Part shown: piece by piece, positions 51,201 through 64,000 of the stretch
How the letters are laid out: the number at the start of each line of letters is the position of its first letter
How positions within the stretch are numbered: the stretch's first letter is position 1
Source of the DNA: Yuukianura sp. NJ FZ-2021
Taxonomy: Eukaryota
NCBI GenBank assembly: GCA_046563655.1
Contig: CM102286.1
Span: forward strand, 13,268,001 to 13,332,000
Length of the DNA: 64,000 bases
Direction: 5' to 3'
The notes under the pieces: model-generated
Told to the model about the DNA's origin: nothing
Database searches by the model: none
What the model saw: only the letters and a program-made list of their open reading frames with translations
Position numbers and translations under genes: made by a program

Positions 51201-54200
51201 TTTAAATGGCCATTGTGCTTCAAAGTGTCCAGCCAAAACAATGTTCACTTAAATTAAATTTATGTCAAAGTTTAGGCTATTTGTTCACTCTTTGACCAAA
51301 AAGTAGCCGGGAGTAAAAAGTAAATAAGAGAAATGAGGATCATAATTTTAATAAAATATTTTCAGTATTCCGGAAATGGAATTAAATATCCCTCTGAGTC
51401 ACGCAACACTTTCACTTTCTTGGGCACGCAAAATACCGGTTCAATCTGAAACCGAAAAACTATGCACAAACTAAATCATTTTCAGTTTTCCAAATTTCTT
51501 TGGTAAATTTAAAAAAAACGAAGAAACTTTTGACAACCTTTTATAAAAGTTTTTGTTGCTGGAAGAGTTGGAGGATTGCGAAAAATCGGCGCTGATGAAA
51601 ACAAAAAACAAAAATTTGGAAAAATTAAATTAGAACCCACCAGTTAAGTCGTTGGTTTTTTTTTCCGGATTTTCTGAAACTTCGAAACCCAATGTTTAGA
51701 ACTGGGTTTTGAAACACTTTTAGATTTTTTTAAATTTTGAAAATGACTTGAAAAAATTCATCCTTTCTAAAAACTGGTTTCCTTTTTTTGTTGGTAGTCT
51801 TCCGGTGTATGTATAGCTTATAGCGCCTTTCCAAAAGTGGAAGTGGAATTCATTTCTGTTGCTCAGATGTTACAAGATAAGTTGAAGGTAACCAATGGCA
51901 GTAGATTTCGAGAAGTCATTGGCGCAGAGCGGGAAATTTTGAAACCTTCCAGAAAAGAAGGGGGACTAAAATGGCTCTGGAAATAATACAGTTCTGACTG
52001 GGCTTTTCCCTTCTTCATCCAAAATCTACACTTTGGAAACTGCAGGAAAAGTTAAACTCGAGAAGCAAGAACGAGGGAAAGCTAAAATATCTTCTAACTG
52101 GCAGCAGTGAGTTCGAATCTCCCTTCCCTCATGCTTACAAAAAAAAAGAGAAAGTTGGCTTCCTTTCTCCCTCCGATGTGCAGCAGGGCAGCAGCCAAAG
52201 TCATTGATTTTTCCATCTCTCGAGTCAAATCTTAGTCCGCATGCGACTTGACGATTTAGATAAAACTTCCGCCTTTAGTTTTTAGGAGTTTCCTTCTGTT
52301 ACCGAGGTCTCTACGCCTATCGGGGAGATTAGAAAAGCCTAACACAAAAAAGTTAGGTTGAAATGTTAGCACAAAAGGTTAGGCTAGGTTATGTTACTAA
52401 CGTAACAAAAGATCCTTAGTTAAAATTATGCTTTCTATTCACTCCCCAACTTTCTCTCTAACTTTCCTAATTCTCATCCACCCACAATGTCAATAGAGGC
52501 TCAACACGCAGGAAATTACATTTTATGTTACCACAATTTTACAAACTTTTACGCAACTCAACACCATTTTGAACTAAACACGTAGCACGTACCATACAGT
52601 AAACATTTTTGAAAAAGTTAGGTTTTAAACGAAAAATTTAGTTTGGGCTCAAAATTTAAATTTTACAACTTCATCGTTTTTGGGTAAAAACTAAGAATGT
52701 TTTGAGAGAATACAAGAATTGCAAAATCTTGGAGCTGGTTTGTTGTTTTGCATTTTATGATGTTTGTTTGTAAAAAGAAGAAAAAAGATAAGACGGAAGA
52801 CTCATTCTGTACATGTACAGAATGTACCTATAGAGTTTCTTTTTTATTGGTACAAACAAGGTGAGAAGTTTAGGAAAACAATTAAGTTAGTATAGAGATC
52901 CAGTTGACCTTGTCCAGAACATGCTTAAAAAGTGTCCACATCGACACATCCAGTATTACTTTTTTGTGTCATTCTGACACTACATGCAGAAGTTTTACTT
53001 TTTCTGAAGTGACATAATCCTATGTCTTTCGACACTCCTTGGCACAAGTATTTTTTTGCAAAGAATAAATTAACTCGCAAAAAATTTGTTTTCAAGTTGA
53101 GTAAATTGTTACATGAGTGCCTCTGTTCAATTTAATTGTGCAAATTCACGAAAAAAAAACGCAACTTTTTTTTGCTAAAAACTGAAATCCAAGTTTTCAA
53201 ATTTTCTAACGCGAGGAATAGAGCAAATATGTTAGTCAATCTTAGAATAAAACACCTTTAGTTTTTTTTTTTTCAAAATTCGATTTTTTGAGTCGTTTTC
53301 GGTTTTTTGAACTTTTTGAGTCGTGTTGTGGACTTTGTTGAATGAAAGTGCACAAGGGGAGAAGTGAACAAAAGGACTTTTGTATTGGAAAGGAGTAAGT
53401 TCGTGAACGTAATGGATTGAACGATTTGAAGAACAAAAGAAGCGGGAGAACAAAAGCCCGGGTAGAACGTAAGTTTTTTGGTACTGACCGGAATTGGAAG
53501 CTTCGTGATGAATTGGCGTAACGGCGGGTGGAGTGGCGAGGGTGTTGTCTCCGTTGACAGCCTTCTCCAGCACCTCATGGTCGTCTCTGCAGAAGAGGCC
53601 GTCTTCCCGCAGTGCGAATTCGTCACCAGGCACCAAATGCTTCTTGCACGCTATGCAGCGGAAGCAGTCCATGTGGTAGATCTTGCTCCGAGCTCGCATC
53701 ACGAAGTCACTCTTGCTAAACTGCAGTCCGCACTTGTCACACTTTGTACCAAATAACCTGCCAACAGCAACAAAATCGCTAAAGTTCGACCCAAATTCCA
53801 AAAATCCTTCAGACTTTCTAAAATTTTACGGAATTTATTGTAGAATTTTGAAAATTGTTGGGAAAAATAAAGTTAGGAAAACAAATTTCTAGAAATGTTT
53901 TTTCCGCTTTTGGTGATTATGTTTTGAATTAAGAAAATTCAGCATTGGTGAAAGTTAGATTTGTTAATTTGGTTAGGTTAAAATTGGTCTAAAAGTTTGT
54001 TAGGCTAAGGTTAGGTTTTGGCTGACCTTGCATAGTCTCTTTTGCAGTACGTCTTTCCATCACGGACAAAACAAGTACAGCTTTCATCCAGGAACTGATG
54101 ACATTCGACACATTTAAGGCAGGCGGCATGCCACTCCAGGTCAGGAGCTACCCTCAGGATGTATTGGTCATTGATTTGGGAGCCGCAACCGACACACAGA

Positions 54201-57200
54201 CTCAGCCGCCGCTTTCCTAAAAAAAAATCAAAAAAATTTTTGAAAAAAAAAACTTCTTTTTGTAATAAATTTTCAATTTCCACCCCTGCTGCTCTAATTT
54301 CTTCCAGGTGAACGCCTTATTACGCACAAAACTGTTCACAATTAATTTTCTGCCTGTCAACTTTTCACACCCAAATAAAAGTTATCTAAGCCTCTTAAAT
54401 ATTCCACGTTTTCAGAATCCGAGCATGTGCAAACAATCAAATTAAGCGGATTGATTTCTCCATTTGTGCTTTTAGTATAGGAAAACCTAACGTAGGCTAC
54501 AGAGCATCTCTTAACGCTTGATTAGATCTTGAAATCTCCTTTGATCGTGCTCCCGATAATAAAAAGGTATCAGGATAATTGCCTTCCAGTTTTTACTACC
54601 AACAACTCTGCCCATGGCCCTTAGACGCCATATGTTCAACCTGTTCCGAATGAAAATAGGCCCTTAAGGGACCCCTTACGGTTAAGTTTAGGTTGAAAAG
54701 TCGTTCTAGTCCTGTACAGTTGAAGTGGATGAAGTAATTGATTGTTAAGGGGTCACCCCCTTTAGCACCCTTCAAGGGAACCATGAATCAAGAGCTGTTA
54801 ATTTCTGGACTTATTATGATAATTGGGAAGATCTTTTGGAAAGTGCAGGATTTAGGCTAGTTTTTAGCTTTCTCTGTGTGTACTTTCAGCTAAACAAGGT
54901 TATGTTAGGGTGAAAGTCGGTGTAGTGGAAGTAATGCTGGATATTCATTGATAATCATAACGGCTAAGGCCCAGTGCACACAGTGAATAGGGACACAGAG
55001 GAAATCAGTCATGAAGTGCCGAGAGGATTGAGACTTTAGAAAACAATGAAAACTTTAGCAGAAAAGGGCCCCTGTACTTTCACTACTTTCCACTTGGTGT
55101 TTCAAGACAAGACAAAATCAACACAAAAGTTTCTGGAAAGTGGAACAATTACGAAATGTCTTCTATTGTCATTCTCCCAAACAATATGAAAATTATTCCA
55201 CTTGAACGCACTTCAAAAACTGAAAAAACGTTCCCAAAACAAATTTTCTTAAAAAATACAAAAGATACTCTCAAAAAACCGATGAAAATTAGCACCTTGA
55301 TTCAATCGCAAAAACTTGCTGTTCAGTTTTTGACAAATTCAATTCATGTTTTCAAAAACTTTTGTTGTGTTAACAAAGCGGGAGATGAAAGACCTATCTT
55401 TTAGTTTTTTTTTAACAAATTCCCAATTTCTTTTTTGAAGTTTCTGATGGCGTAGAGTTGCATTTCAAAGTTATTTTAGTTAAGTTACGTTTATTATGTT
55501 TATATTTTGTAAGTTAGGTTAACATTATGTTAAGGTTGGGCGGAATGTGCTATAACAAAAAGTGGAAAGTTGGCAGAGGTGAAAGTTTGGAGAAAGTAAT
55601 TGAATTACACGTTAATTATTTAGTGTGTCAGTAACTTGGACTTGACTGGAAGTTGGTTCTGGTTGCCAATAGAAAGGAAATGGTGACCCGAAGAGGTCAA
55701 TAACGTTCACCATAAAATTCGGAACAAAGTACGTACTACACAGTATAACTGCAGCGGAGTCTCCAACATTTGGCGCAACTTTTGGAACTTTGGAAGTGAA
55801 TCCATTACGTGTTACTTAATGGGCTCATTTTCACTTCCTTTTCCTTTTAAAGCATACTAAGCCTTTTCCCCACTTTTCTCTTAGTCCTGCCACTTTCTCC
55901 AAGTAATTCCTTTTCCAAATCTTACCTAACGTAACCAATTTTTTAAGTTAAAGCATTAACCTAACGTACAGTGAAAAAAAATTGTGAAAGTTCACTGGAA
56001 ACCCAAAGTTGAGCAAGAAAATCAACAAAATCTGTTCGGAAATGCAGAAATTTTCAATTTGTGCTAAAAATTTGCAAAATGTTAGTTCAGAAAAACCGGT
56101 CACCATAAATTTTGTCGTAGGTGGATTAACCTCACCCGCCTAACGATGACGTAATTTGTGGAACCACATTGTACTTTGTATGCAGTCAGCCTCGCAAATA
56201 AACTTTCTCTAATGACATGCTAATCCACATCCAAACTTTTATTTTTTAGTTTTTTCTTCGTTTTTTTTTGAACCGCAGCCGGGAACCGCCCTGCTTCAGT
56301 TCGGTTCTTCCGGGCGTTCGGAAACCTCCGTTTTCCGCTGCTCTTTTCTTCTTTTGTTGTTCTTTCGGTCTGAAGATGTTTATTTTTCTTTACACCATCT
56401 AACCTAATCTTCCTCCCTAATGAAGTTCCTTCTACATCATCTTCCCTCCAGGCCCGTGTGTGTGTTCCACACGTCCCTTAACTTAAGAAGGTGACCCCTT
56501 AAGGGTACACTCTGACTCAGAAGCACTACCGACTCAGCTCCCTTACTCCTTGGTCACTTTTAACCCTAGAGTTTGGTTAACGCCTAAGTTGAAGCTGAGC
56601 CAAGTCTTGGCAGAAGCAGACACGTAGGTCGTCGTCTCCTACAAACCTAACCTGAACAGGGTCCCTTATCTGTCCCTTGGATCAAAGTTGGAAGAGGGAA
56701 AGTCCCTTGTAATAACTCTTAATGACCCTAGACAGACAGGATCAACGGAGACCCTTGAAACAACGACAAGACAGAAGGGACTTGTCCATAGCTTCACAAA
56801 GTCTCCAAGATGAGGCTCCTTCCAGAAAATCCTTCTGCTGACATGGACATGGACGACGACGAGGTCGTCGACGGAAACAAAAGAAAAAACGGAGCCCTTC
56901 AATGTCAATTTCTGAGACCCTTGGAACGGCCAAGGACCGTTTTCTGGGGTTCCATAAAATAGGGTTCGAAGGGCCTCGACTAATTGTCACCTCCGCCCAA
57001 CTGCTAATTGTTTAGAAATCCGATTTTTTTTTCAAAAACGAGCAAATTTAGTGCAATTTTATTTTAGTTTTTGCCAAAAATAAAATTTTAGTAGCAATTT
57101 AGTACGCAGAAACTATTTTTTTTTCTGAATTATTTTCAGAGCTTGCTTTTATGTGCTTCTGCACAAAAATTTCAGGGAAAAATAAATTTAAATTTATTCA

Positions 57201-58190
57201 ATTTTTGAACCCAATACTCAAAATTGGTACTTTTTGATTCCGTTTACAATTTTTTTCATAAATGCAAAAAAACAGGCGTTGTGTGACACGAAGGTGCATA
57301 ACATTCTAGTTTAAATTGAATTTCGGAAGTTAGCAGAAATTCGCCAATTTTCAATTGAAACTAAAATTGTTTCTTACATGACTTCTTAAAATAATACTAT
57401 GATCTGAAATACTAAAAATGTGGTTTTTGAACGTTGAGACAATTTTGAAATTTTTGTAATCCAAAAGCAATGAGGTTGAAGAAACCCATTGTTGTGATTC
57501 CTATTGTGTGACTCACATTTCTACTTGTTTCTGCATATTCTCCATACTTTTCAAATGAAGAATACAATGTTTAAGGTCCACTGTCCCACCTGCACCTTGG
57601 ACAAAACAACTTTTGTGTAGCTTTTTCCAATGTGTGAAAACTCAATGACTTTTCTAAGAAATTGTCTTTTCTTTTAAACAAGAGAACAAAAATACTAAAA
57701 GTTAAGCCCACTTCACACCTGGAATTGACCCAAATCCAAATTTCAACAAAAGTTATACAGATAAACTGACCTGTGACCTATGTGTCAAGCACAAAACAAA
57801 AGCAACTCAGTTTTGGTGCGAATTGCAATTTTGAATCTTGTAATTCACAAACTTAACACGTAAAGAAACAAATAAAAAATTGCGAATTTGATTTGGAAAA
57901 GCTAACCCAGAATTGTGAAAAACGCCGTAAAAAAGTACAGAGATTAATCAATTTAAATTGAGCTTGCTTAATCTTAGGTGTTTCAGGGATTAAAAAGAAA
58001 AGAAATTTGTGATGTTTGTGTCAGGTTAGGTTTTGCTCTTTTGCCTTTTTTTTTAAATTTTGTTTAACAAAATTGTTTCGACTGCATTCGTCAAAACCTA
58101 ACTTTTTGTTAACTTAATATTGGATTTATCAACTTTAGATTAGAAAATTGACAATGAACTTGAAAACTTACTCATCGGCTCGTCTGTCAT
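39274..58190 (-). CDS. tup: LIM-homeodomain transcription factor Islet/tailup, 6 exons, about 372 aa
   Basis: Exons 58190-58172 (MTDEPM), 54216-54027 (LIM1, RLSLCVGCG...[16 protein letters not shown]), 53757-53489 (LIM2), 48189-47903 (homeodomain [18 protein letters not shown]...[12 protein letters not shown]), 45714-45508 (LIM-interaction domain [14 protein letters not shown]...[11 protein letters not shown]) and 39420-39274 ([14 protein letters not shown]). Total 1119 nt, in phase. Confidence 0.96.
39448..39545. repeat. Degenerate ~30-32-bp tandem repeat next to the last islet splice acceptor
   Basis: AATTTGAAA...TCATAGTTTTC units repeated 3-4 times. Confidence 0.65.
47307..47460. repeat. 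Degenerate ~27-30-bp repeat with TTAGGTTATG core in islet intron 4
   Basis: TTAGGTTATG(TAA) at ~47308, 47336, 47362 and 47432, with variants at ~47392 and ~47448. Confidence 0.65.
49130..49142. promoter_or_regulatory. Perfect IR1 nuclear-receptor element (consensus EcR/USP ecdysone response element) in islet intron 3
   Basis: AGGTCA-A-TGACCT read directly from the sequence; function not demonstrated. Confidence 0.5.
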
Positions 58191-61100
58191 GTCGTGTCCC
58201 TTTGAGGGGGGAATATTAACGATCGTTTCGAACAACAGTTTGGCGCCTTTCTGGAACAACTTTTCAAAACTTTAAAAAAAATTAGCAAAGGGGCGAAGAT
58301 GTGTCGTGTACTTAGGCCTAACTGGCTTCTGGTTCTGAATAATTAAAGTCAACAACTACTTCACTAGTTGCTTTACAAGTTCAACTCTAACAGGCAGAGG
58401 TGCCAAATTATTTTGTAAACTTCGCATTCAACACTTTTTTGTCCCTTTTCACTAAAAACTCAAAGTCAATTTCTAAATTATTCACGGCCGACTGAATAAT
58501 TTTCACATCGGTCGCGTGTTCATTGTCCGAGTTTGTTCATTTTCAAATATTTAAAAAACACTTTCACTTCGGTTTAATCTACACGCCTCCTTTCACCAAT
58601 TACTTTCACCAGCAAATTTTAGCATTCCCGAGTCCATTTGTCAATACTTGTAGGTGTTGTGACCTCATGGAGAAAGCAGAACTTTCACCACTGTTCAATT
58701 TTTTCACTTTTGAAGTTAAATTTTGACTGACCGGAGTCAAAAACTTTCAAGAGAAGTTTTGACTCCCCTCAAATTTTTAGGAAACTTGCAAATCTGGTGT
58801 CAAAATTTGGAAATTTGGAAATTCTAGGCCAAGTTTTCACTGAAAATTAAATTTCAGAAACTCCTACTCGACTGAATTGATGCGAGATGACTTGTTGGAC
58901 TGACCAGGTGAAGAGACAAATGCAGTTTCAATTCCGTCCAGCCAACTTTAAGCTTTTGGTGTTGGTTGTCAGACTGGTTTGGGATTTTGGGATGGAATAG
59001 TGGTCGTTTGTGCTTTTGTTGAGACTAGGTTAGTCTGAAGCCAACCCATGCCAAAAAAGTTAGTGTGAACGGGAGGGCTGGGACGCATGGCAGGAGGCTC
59101 TTACGAGGTCGAGTCACCTCTAATCGGCAGGCAGGATCTCAAATCGAACCGTCGAATTCGGAAAAAGCTCCGCCCAGAACCCTCGGCTTCCAAGTCGTTC
59201 CTTGGGAAACCAAAATAACGTAGGGAACATAGGCCAGCTAGCTCCTCGGCAACACTTCGAACAACTTCTCCCGAAATGATCTAGAGATTTGAGCAGAACC
59301 GAACAACTTATGGCCACTTCTGTCCCACCGTACAACACTACCTACTCAAAACATCCCACCTTCAACCTCAAACCAAAAAAGGGAATCTGACCCCTACAGA
59401 CAAACTTTCACCCTGGCAAATTCAATTTGCCATTTTGTGCAGAAAAGGGAAAGCAATGCTTGGATCCGAACTTTCTCCAAATCAGGGCTTAATTTTTCCA
59501 AATTTTGAGACCAATTTTTTAGAATTTGACAGATGTGTACAACTTCCAAACTTTCAGCGATCCATAAAAAATCGTTGAACGAGAATTTTGAAATACGATT
59601 TAAAATTTTTGGAATAGATTTTTGTGTTTTTGGAATTAATATTTTTAAAATACTCAACCCAGAGGAGCAAAAACTTAGAAATAAGGAAAAACCTAAAATT
59701 AAAAATTTAAAAATAATCAGAACGGATCTGAAATTGTGACTAACTTAAGTTCAGCCGTCAAAATTGATATGACAAAAATAAGGCAGTGAAGATTACAATT
59801 AAGTGAACAAAAGTAGCTCAAAACACATCTTTCTGTGATAGTAGGTCACAAAGGTCACGAGGTCATAATACTGTTTAAAATTTGAAGGTTTCCTAATTGG
59901 AGACGTAACATGAATCTCCTTTTACATGTTACCTTGTAACAGATAAAATTTAGAATTCGATCGCTACCGTTATTCAAAATTACTTAAAAAAATATTGAAA
60001 GTAAAAACTCTGTTGAAAAAGGATTTTCTTAAGTTTTTGGAATTCACAGCAACTGTAGCAGTAGTAATACTTTTTTTTTTTTACCAATTTGTACACCTAC
60101 TAATCCTTGACCCGCGGCTGTAATTGACGCCTTTATTTATTGCCCATGACCTTTTTTGACCTTAGGGAGTTGACATTGTGTCCGTCTTAGGTTAAGGTAT
60201 TAGCATCCTAATGACTTCTTATGCCCTCGTGTTGGAAGCTTTATCAAGGTAACGAAGCCGCACATGGAATAATTGTCACCAATCCATAGCAGTTTCCTTT
60301 GACTTTTTCAACTTTTGCCGCTTCCGACCAACAGAAACGACTGAACTGTTCAAAAACACTACGCAAATATTTTCCTGTCCGAACCGACAGAAAACGACAA
60401 CTTTTTCAATGATAAGGTGAACCTTGCCAACTGCTGGAGAATAAGTTAGTCACAAGGCGGCATTTGAACCAAAGTTAGTGCGTTGTTTAGTTGGGTTTTG
60501 GAGAAAGTCAATGAGCTCAATCAAAGTTTGTGGAACAAATTCTTATCGATCGATTGAAACTGAAGTGGGTTGTAGATAGGGAGTTGCCGCCTTTCATCCC
60601 ACCAGCCCAATTGACACTTCAACTTAATCTCAATCCATACCACACAAAATAGTTTCTCAGTTAGTAAACTCTGTTCAAATAAACAAACAAAACACAAAAG
60701 TAAGCTTCAGATGATGTGTATGCACAGCATATAAAGCTAAACCTTCATACACGTACACCTACAATCGTGGGCTTCGTCTACGCAATGTTCATCTTGCGTC
60801 ATCCTTCGAACTGCACAGGATTTTTGGCCAATTCTTAAAGTAAAGCGGTTTATTTGCTAAATTTTTGAAAATGGAATGTAAGGGTGTAGGGTTTGATGCC
60901 TGGATTTGCTGCTTTTGTTTTTCATAATTTTTGGATTTTCATTTTAAACGCCACTCACGGAGGATGCAATTCAATTGTCAAAGTTTGACAATTCACTTCT
61001 ACACAGTTAGCTCATGGATACGTCGATGCGTGTATCGGTTTTTGAAATTTTGTGGTAGGAATTCTAAATTACCGTTGGTAGGATTTTTGTAAAACTTTAT

Positions 61101-64000
61101 TTTCAAATTAGTGTTATCAACTGTATTTTAATCTTTAGCTGAACTTGGAAGTTTTTGAATTTTTGAATTTGAACGTCCCAATTTGTTTCAAAGGAAATCA
61201 AAATTAAAAAATTTCATAGTTTCAATTCTTTCTCAGGGCACTGTTGTTATTCCTATTAAAAAAAAAGTCTTAAAATTCAAAATCATTATTATTTATTAAA
61301 ATTTTGAAAATTGATATTGACATGAGTTCTATTTTTTTTACAATCAGATTGTTTTACATTAAGCCAAAATTTAGGTCAAACACAGCTAAAATATTTATGA
61401 CTTTTTAAATTCAAAGCCTGCGGGTAGCCGGATCGTACGAACTTTTCTTCTTGGCCAGTACATTAGAAACTATTAAATTTTATTTTCCCACGCCTCTAAA
61501 CCTTTCAACTTAAGAAACTTTTAATAGAATCTTAATGTAAAATACACAACACCATTAGCCAAACAACAGTTTTCAGTTTTTTAAGTAAAACATTTTTAAA
61601 AAAACTTGGTATTTTATGTTCCACAATAATCAAGTATTCTCACCACACAACATTCCACTTCCTCTTAAATAAGCACTTTTACCTCTTGGGAACAAACATC
61701 ATATTTTATGAAACACTATGTTTTTACCTCAGTTTTAAAATTTAAGTAGCTTTTAAGCGTTTTCAAAAACTACTTACATTTTTTTACAATTTGAAAAAAA
61801 AATGAACATAGGCATCCGCGGTAGCATTTTTATGAAAAACATAAAACTAATGGAATAATCACGGAAACAGAATTTTATTAAAACGTTACATCTTGTACAA
61901 GATTTTTTATAGAAAAAATGATAAGCATCACAGAACATCAGCGTTTAGTTAGGACGTTGTACAGCAAACCGTGCAGCGGGAAATTTTCACACATTTTGAA
62001 TTTTGAAAAAAAAAACTCCATTTTGTAGTAGCATCATGTATCGTCATTTTATGTTAGGTTCATTACACCATATGAAAACCACTGTGCAGACCCCTGAAAC
62101 CAAAAAACGAAAAAAAAAAGTTAAAAAAAAGCTTTTTACATCTCTATCGTCATCTTTTTCAATCACCGCCCCTCATAATGCATTTTGATTTTTTTCATCC
62201 CGTCATGCTCCTTTCTAAGTAACATCAACTTCATTTCATTCCAAAACATTTTTTGTTCAAAAAATCTTTTTAAATGGATTTTTTCTCTACTCTTAAGTCC
62301 TTCTCCCATATTTCGTCCATTACTTGCTTAGAATTTTAAATTTCAATTCATTCCCTCCAAGGGATCAAGGAAGCATTAAAAACAGCGTGCTATTATCAAA
62401 GTTTTTTTTTCGGTTTGTTCGGTTTTTTTGAAAAGGCGGAGCTCAGGCTGAAAACGTGCGGAGGTAAAAATGGGGCCTTAAGACACAACCAAACAGAAGC
62501 GACAAATCCCCCCTTAAGTGTAAGAAGGCTACACACTTAAAACATTTATTAAAGAAACGAGGCGGTTTTTTTAAAAACCGAGATGGAAATGTGTCTTTTT
62601 GGGAAGTTTTTAAAAAATGGGTGCACAAGAGGTGAAGCGGGTGTTAGAAAACACGATTTTTTACCAAAAAAGAGGCGTCTGGGTGTAATGTACAAAAGTG
62701 TAAATAACACAACATTTTAAAATGGAAGAAAAGGAGGAAGCTGCTTGTTCCAATTTTTCAGCTTCACTTATACCGCAAACGAAAAAAATATGACAGACAA
62801 CATCTTCTTTTTGAGTAAGAAAAAAGTTAAAAGCTTTTTCGGTTTTTAAGCTTTTTTTTAAGGAAAAGATTCCGTTTACTTAAGAGAAATGTTGATTCAT
62901 AGAAAATATTTTTCAGGAAAGGACGAAGTTTTACGCAGAAAAAGTGAAATTTTGATGTGGATTTGAATTCTATGAACAAAAATATTGAAATCCTTATTTT
63001 TAAAAATGAAAGTTTTAAAATTTCTGTTTTTGGAAACAGAAAGTTTTTGTTAAAAGTAAAACTGAAATCGGATGAATGATGCACGTTTTGAAGAACAAGA
63101 AAGACTGAAACCTTTACTGTTAGGCCAAATGTTCCAACGCGTCAGACATTGTTTTCAAAAAGTCGAGACAGTGGAGTTGTAAATTTTTAGAAAACTGGAA
63201 TTTTTTGAACAAATAATATTTCATTCCGACTTCTTACTCCCTTTGATCCTGCAATTCTCTGTATTTTTGGTGTTTCCAGCCAGACTTTCCCTTTTGAAGA
63301 AAAAGTGTGAGACGTTTGAAGGCGTCAAGGGCCCTTCCCTTAAGGCTCCCTGTGCCTTCTGACTCAAATCCCACAGCGCCGGGTCAACCTGGCACCGGAC
63401 AAATGTCAAACAACTGCGTGTGACCCAAGTGCTGACATTAAGCATAACCCTGACTTAAATTCTTACCCTAACATACCCTTAAGCCCCCAAAAAACAAAAA
63501 CTTTCTCTTCAAAATTTTGAAATTCTAACTTAAGTTAGTCTTTGCCAAAAAATGCTATTTTTATTTTGGTTTCATTAGTTCTGAAAATTTTGAACAGGGA
63601 ACAATAGGTGATTGAAAGTGCTTAGCTTATGGTCGAACAAAGGGGTTTCTCCACTTAATCAAATGATTTGGAATCTTTTCAAAATTTTATTCATCGCAAC
63701 CATTTGAATCAATTTTTAATTTTGAAAAGAGCAGGATAAGCCACCGCTGGTCGCGGGAAGTGTTGGGTCGTTGTGTCAAGTCAATTTGAACAATTAATTG
63801 AATCCACCCTCGATTGATCAAATTCAAAACCATTTCGAAAAAAAAGTGTGTGAGAAAAAGTAGTTTTATTCAGTAACGCCAACGCTCAATTCTAAAATGC
63901 AGAGTCATTCGACATGGTTCACAAAACGTGTGCCAAACCGGAAATTCAGAACTTCTGCTCAAAAAAATTTCATCTCACAAAATTTAATTTTTGTGTTTTA

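Noticed and set aside
58200..64000. Additional protein-coding gene upstream of islet
   Set aside because: Only short, low-complexity ORFs with no coherent exon chain; most likely islet 5' regulatory DNA.

Overview
This is AT-rich, intron-rich eukaryotic DNA from an animal, almost certainly an arthropod; a springtail-like hexapod or a crustacean is my inference. It is not prokaryotic, and I found no CRISPR array, rRNA or tRNA. Manual splicing on GT-AG junctions gives ten genes, in order: the 5' part of TRAPPC9/brunelleschi (-, runs off the left edge); six consecutive signal-peptide genes (orphan secreted 392 aa, secreted beta/gamma-crystallin-like, small EDEL-tailed protein, GH2 beta-mannosidase, probably GPI-anchored alpha-carbonic anhydrase, orphan GPI-like 296 aa); milton/TRAK (-); TBC1D20 (+); and the LIM-homeobox gene islet/tailup (-, about 19 kb). 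Repeats include a 45-bp minisatellite (4994-5405) and a ~1.75-kb non-coding foldback element (~25968-27744). The foldback element is the most unusual feature. Its ends look like a pair of tyrosine-recombinase attL/attR-type sites (inverted arms around a directly repeated asymmetric core), and its arms are 116-bp subrepeats that each carry a YY1/Pho motif. The islet locus carries several perfect AGGTCA half-site pairs, including a consensus IR1 ecdysone element, and dense clusters of an unassigned CCCTT motif. All homology calls come from recognising motifs by eye; no searches were run.
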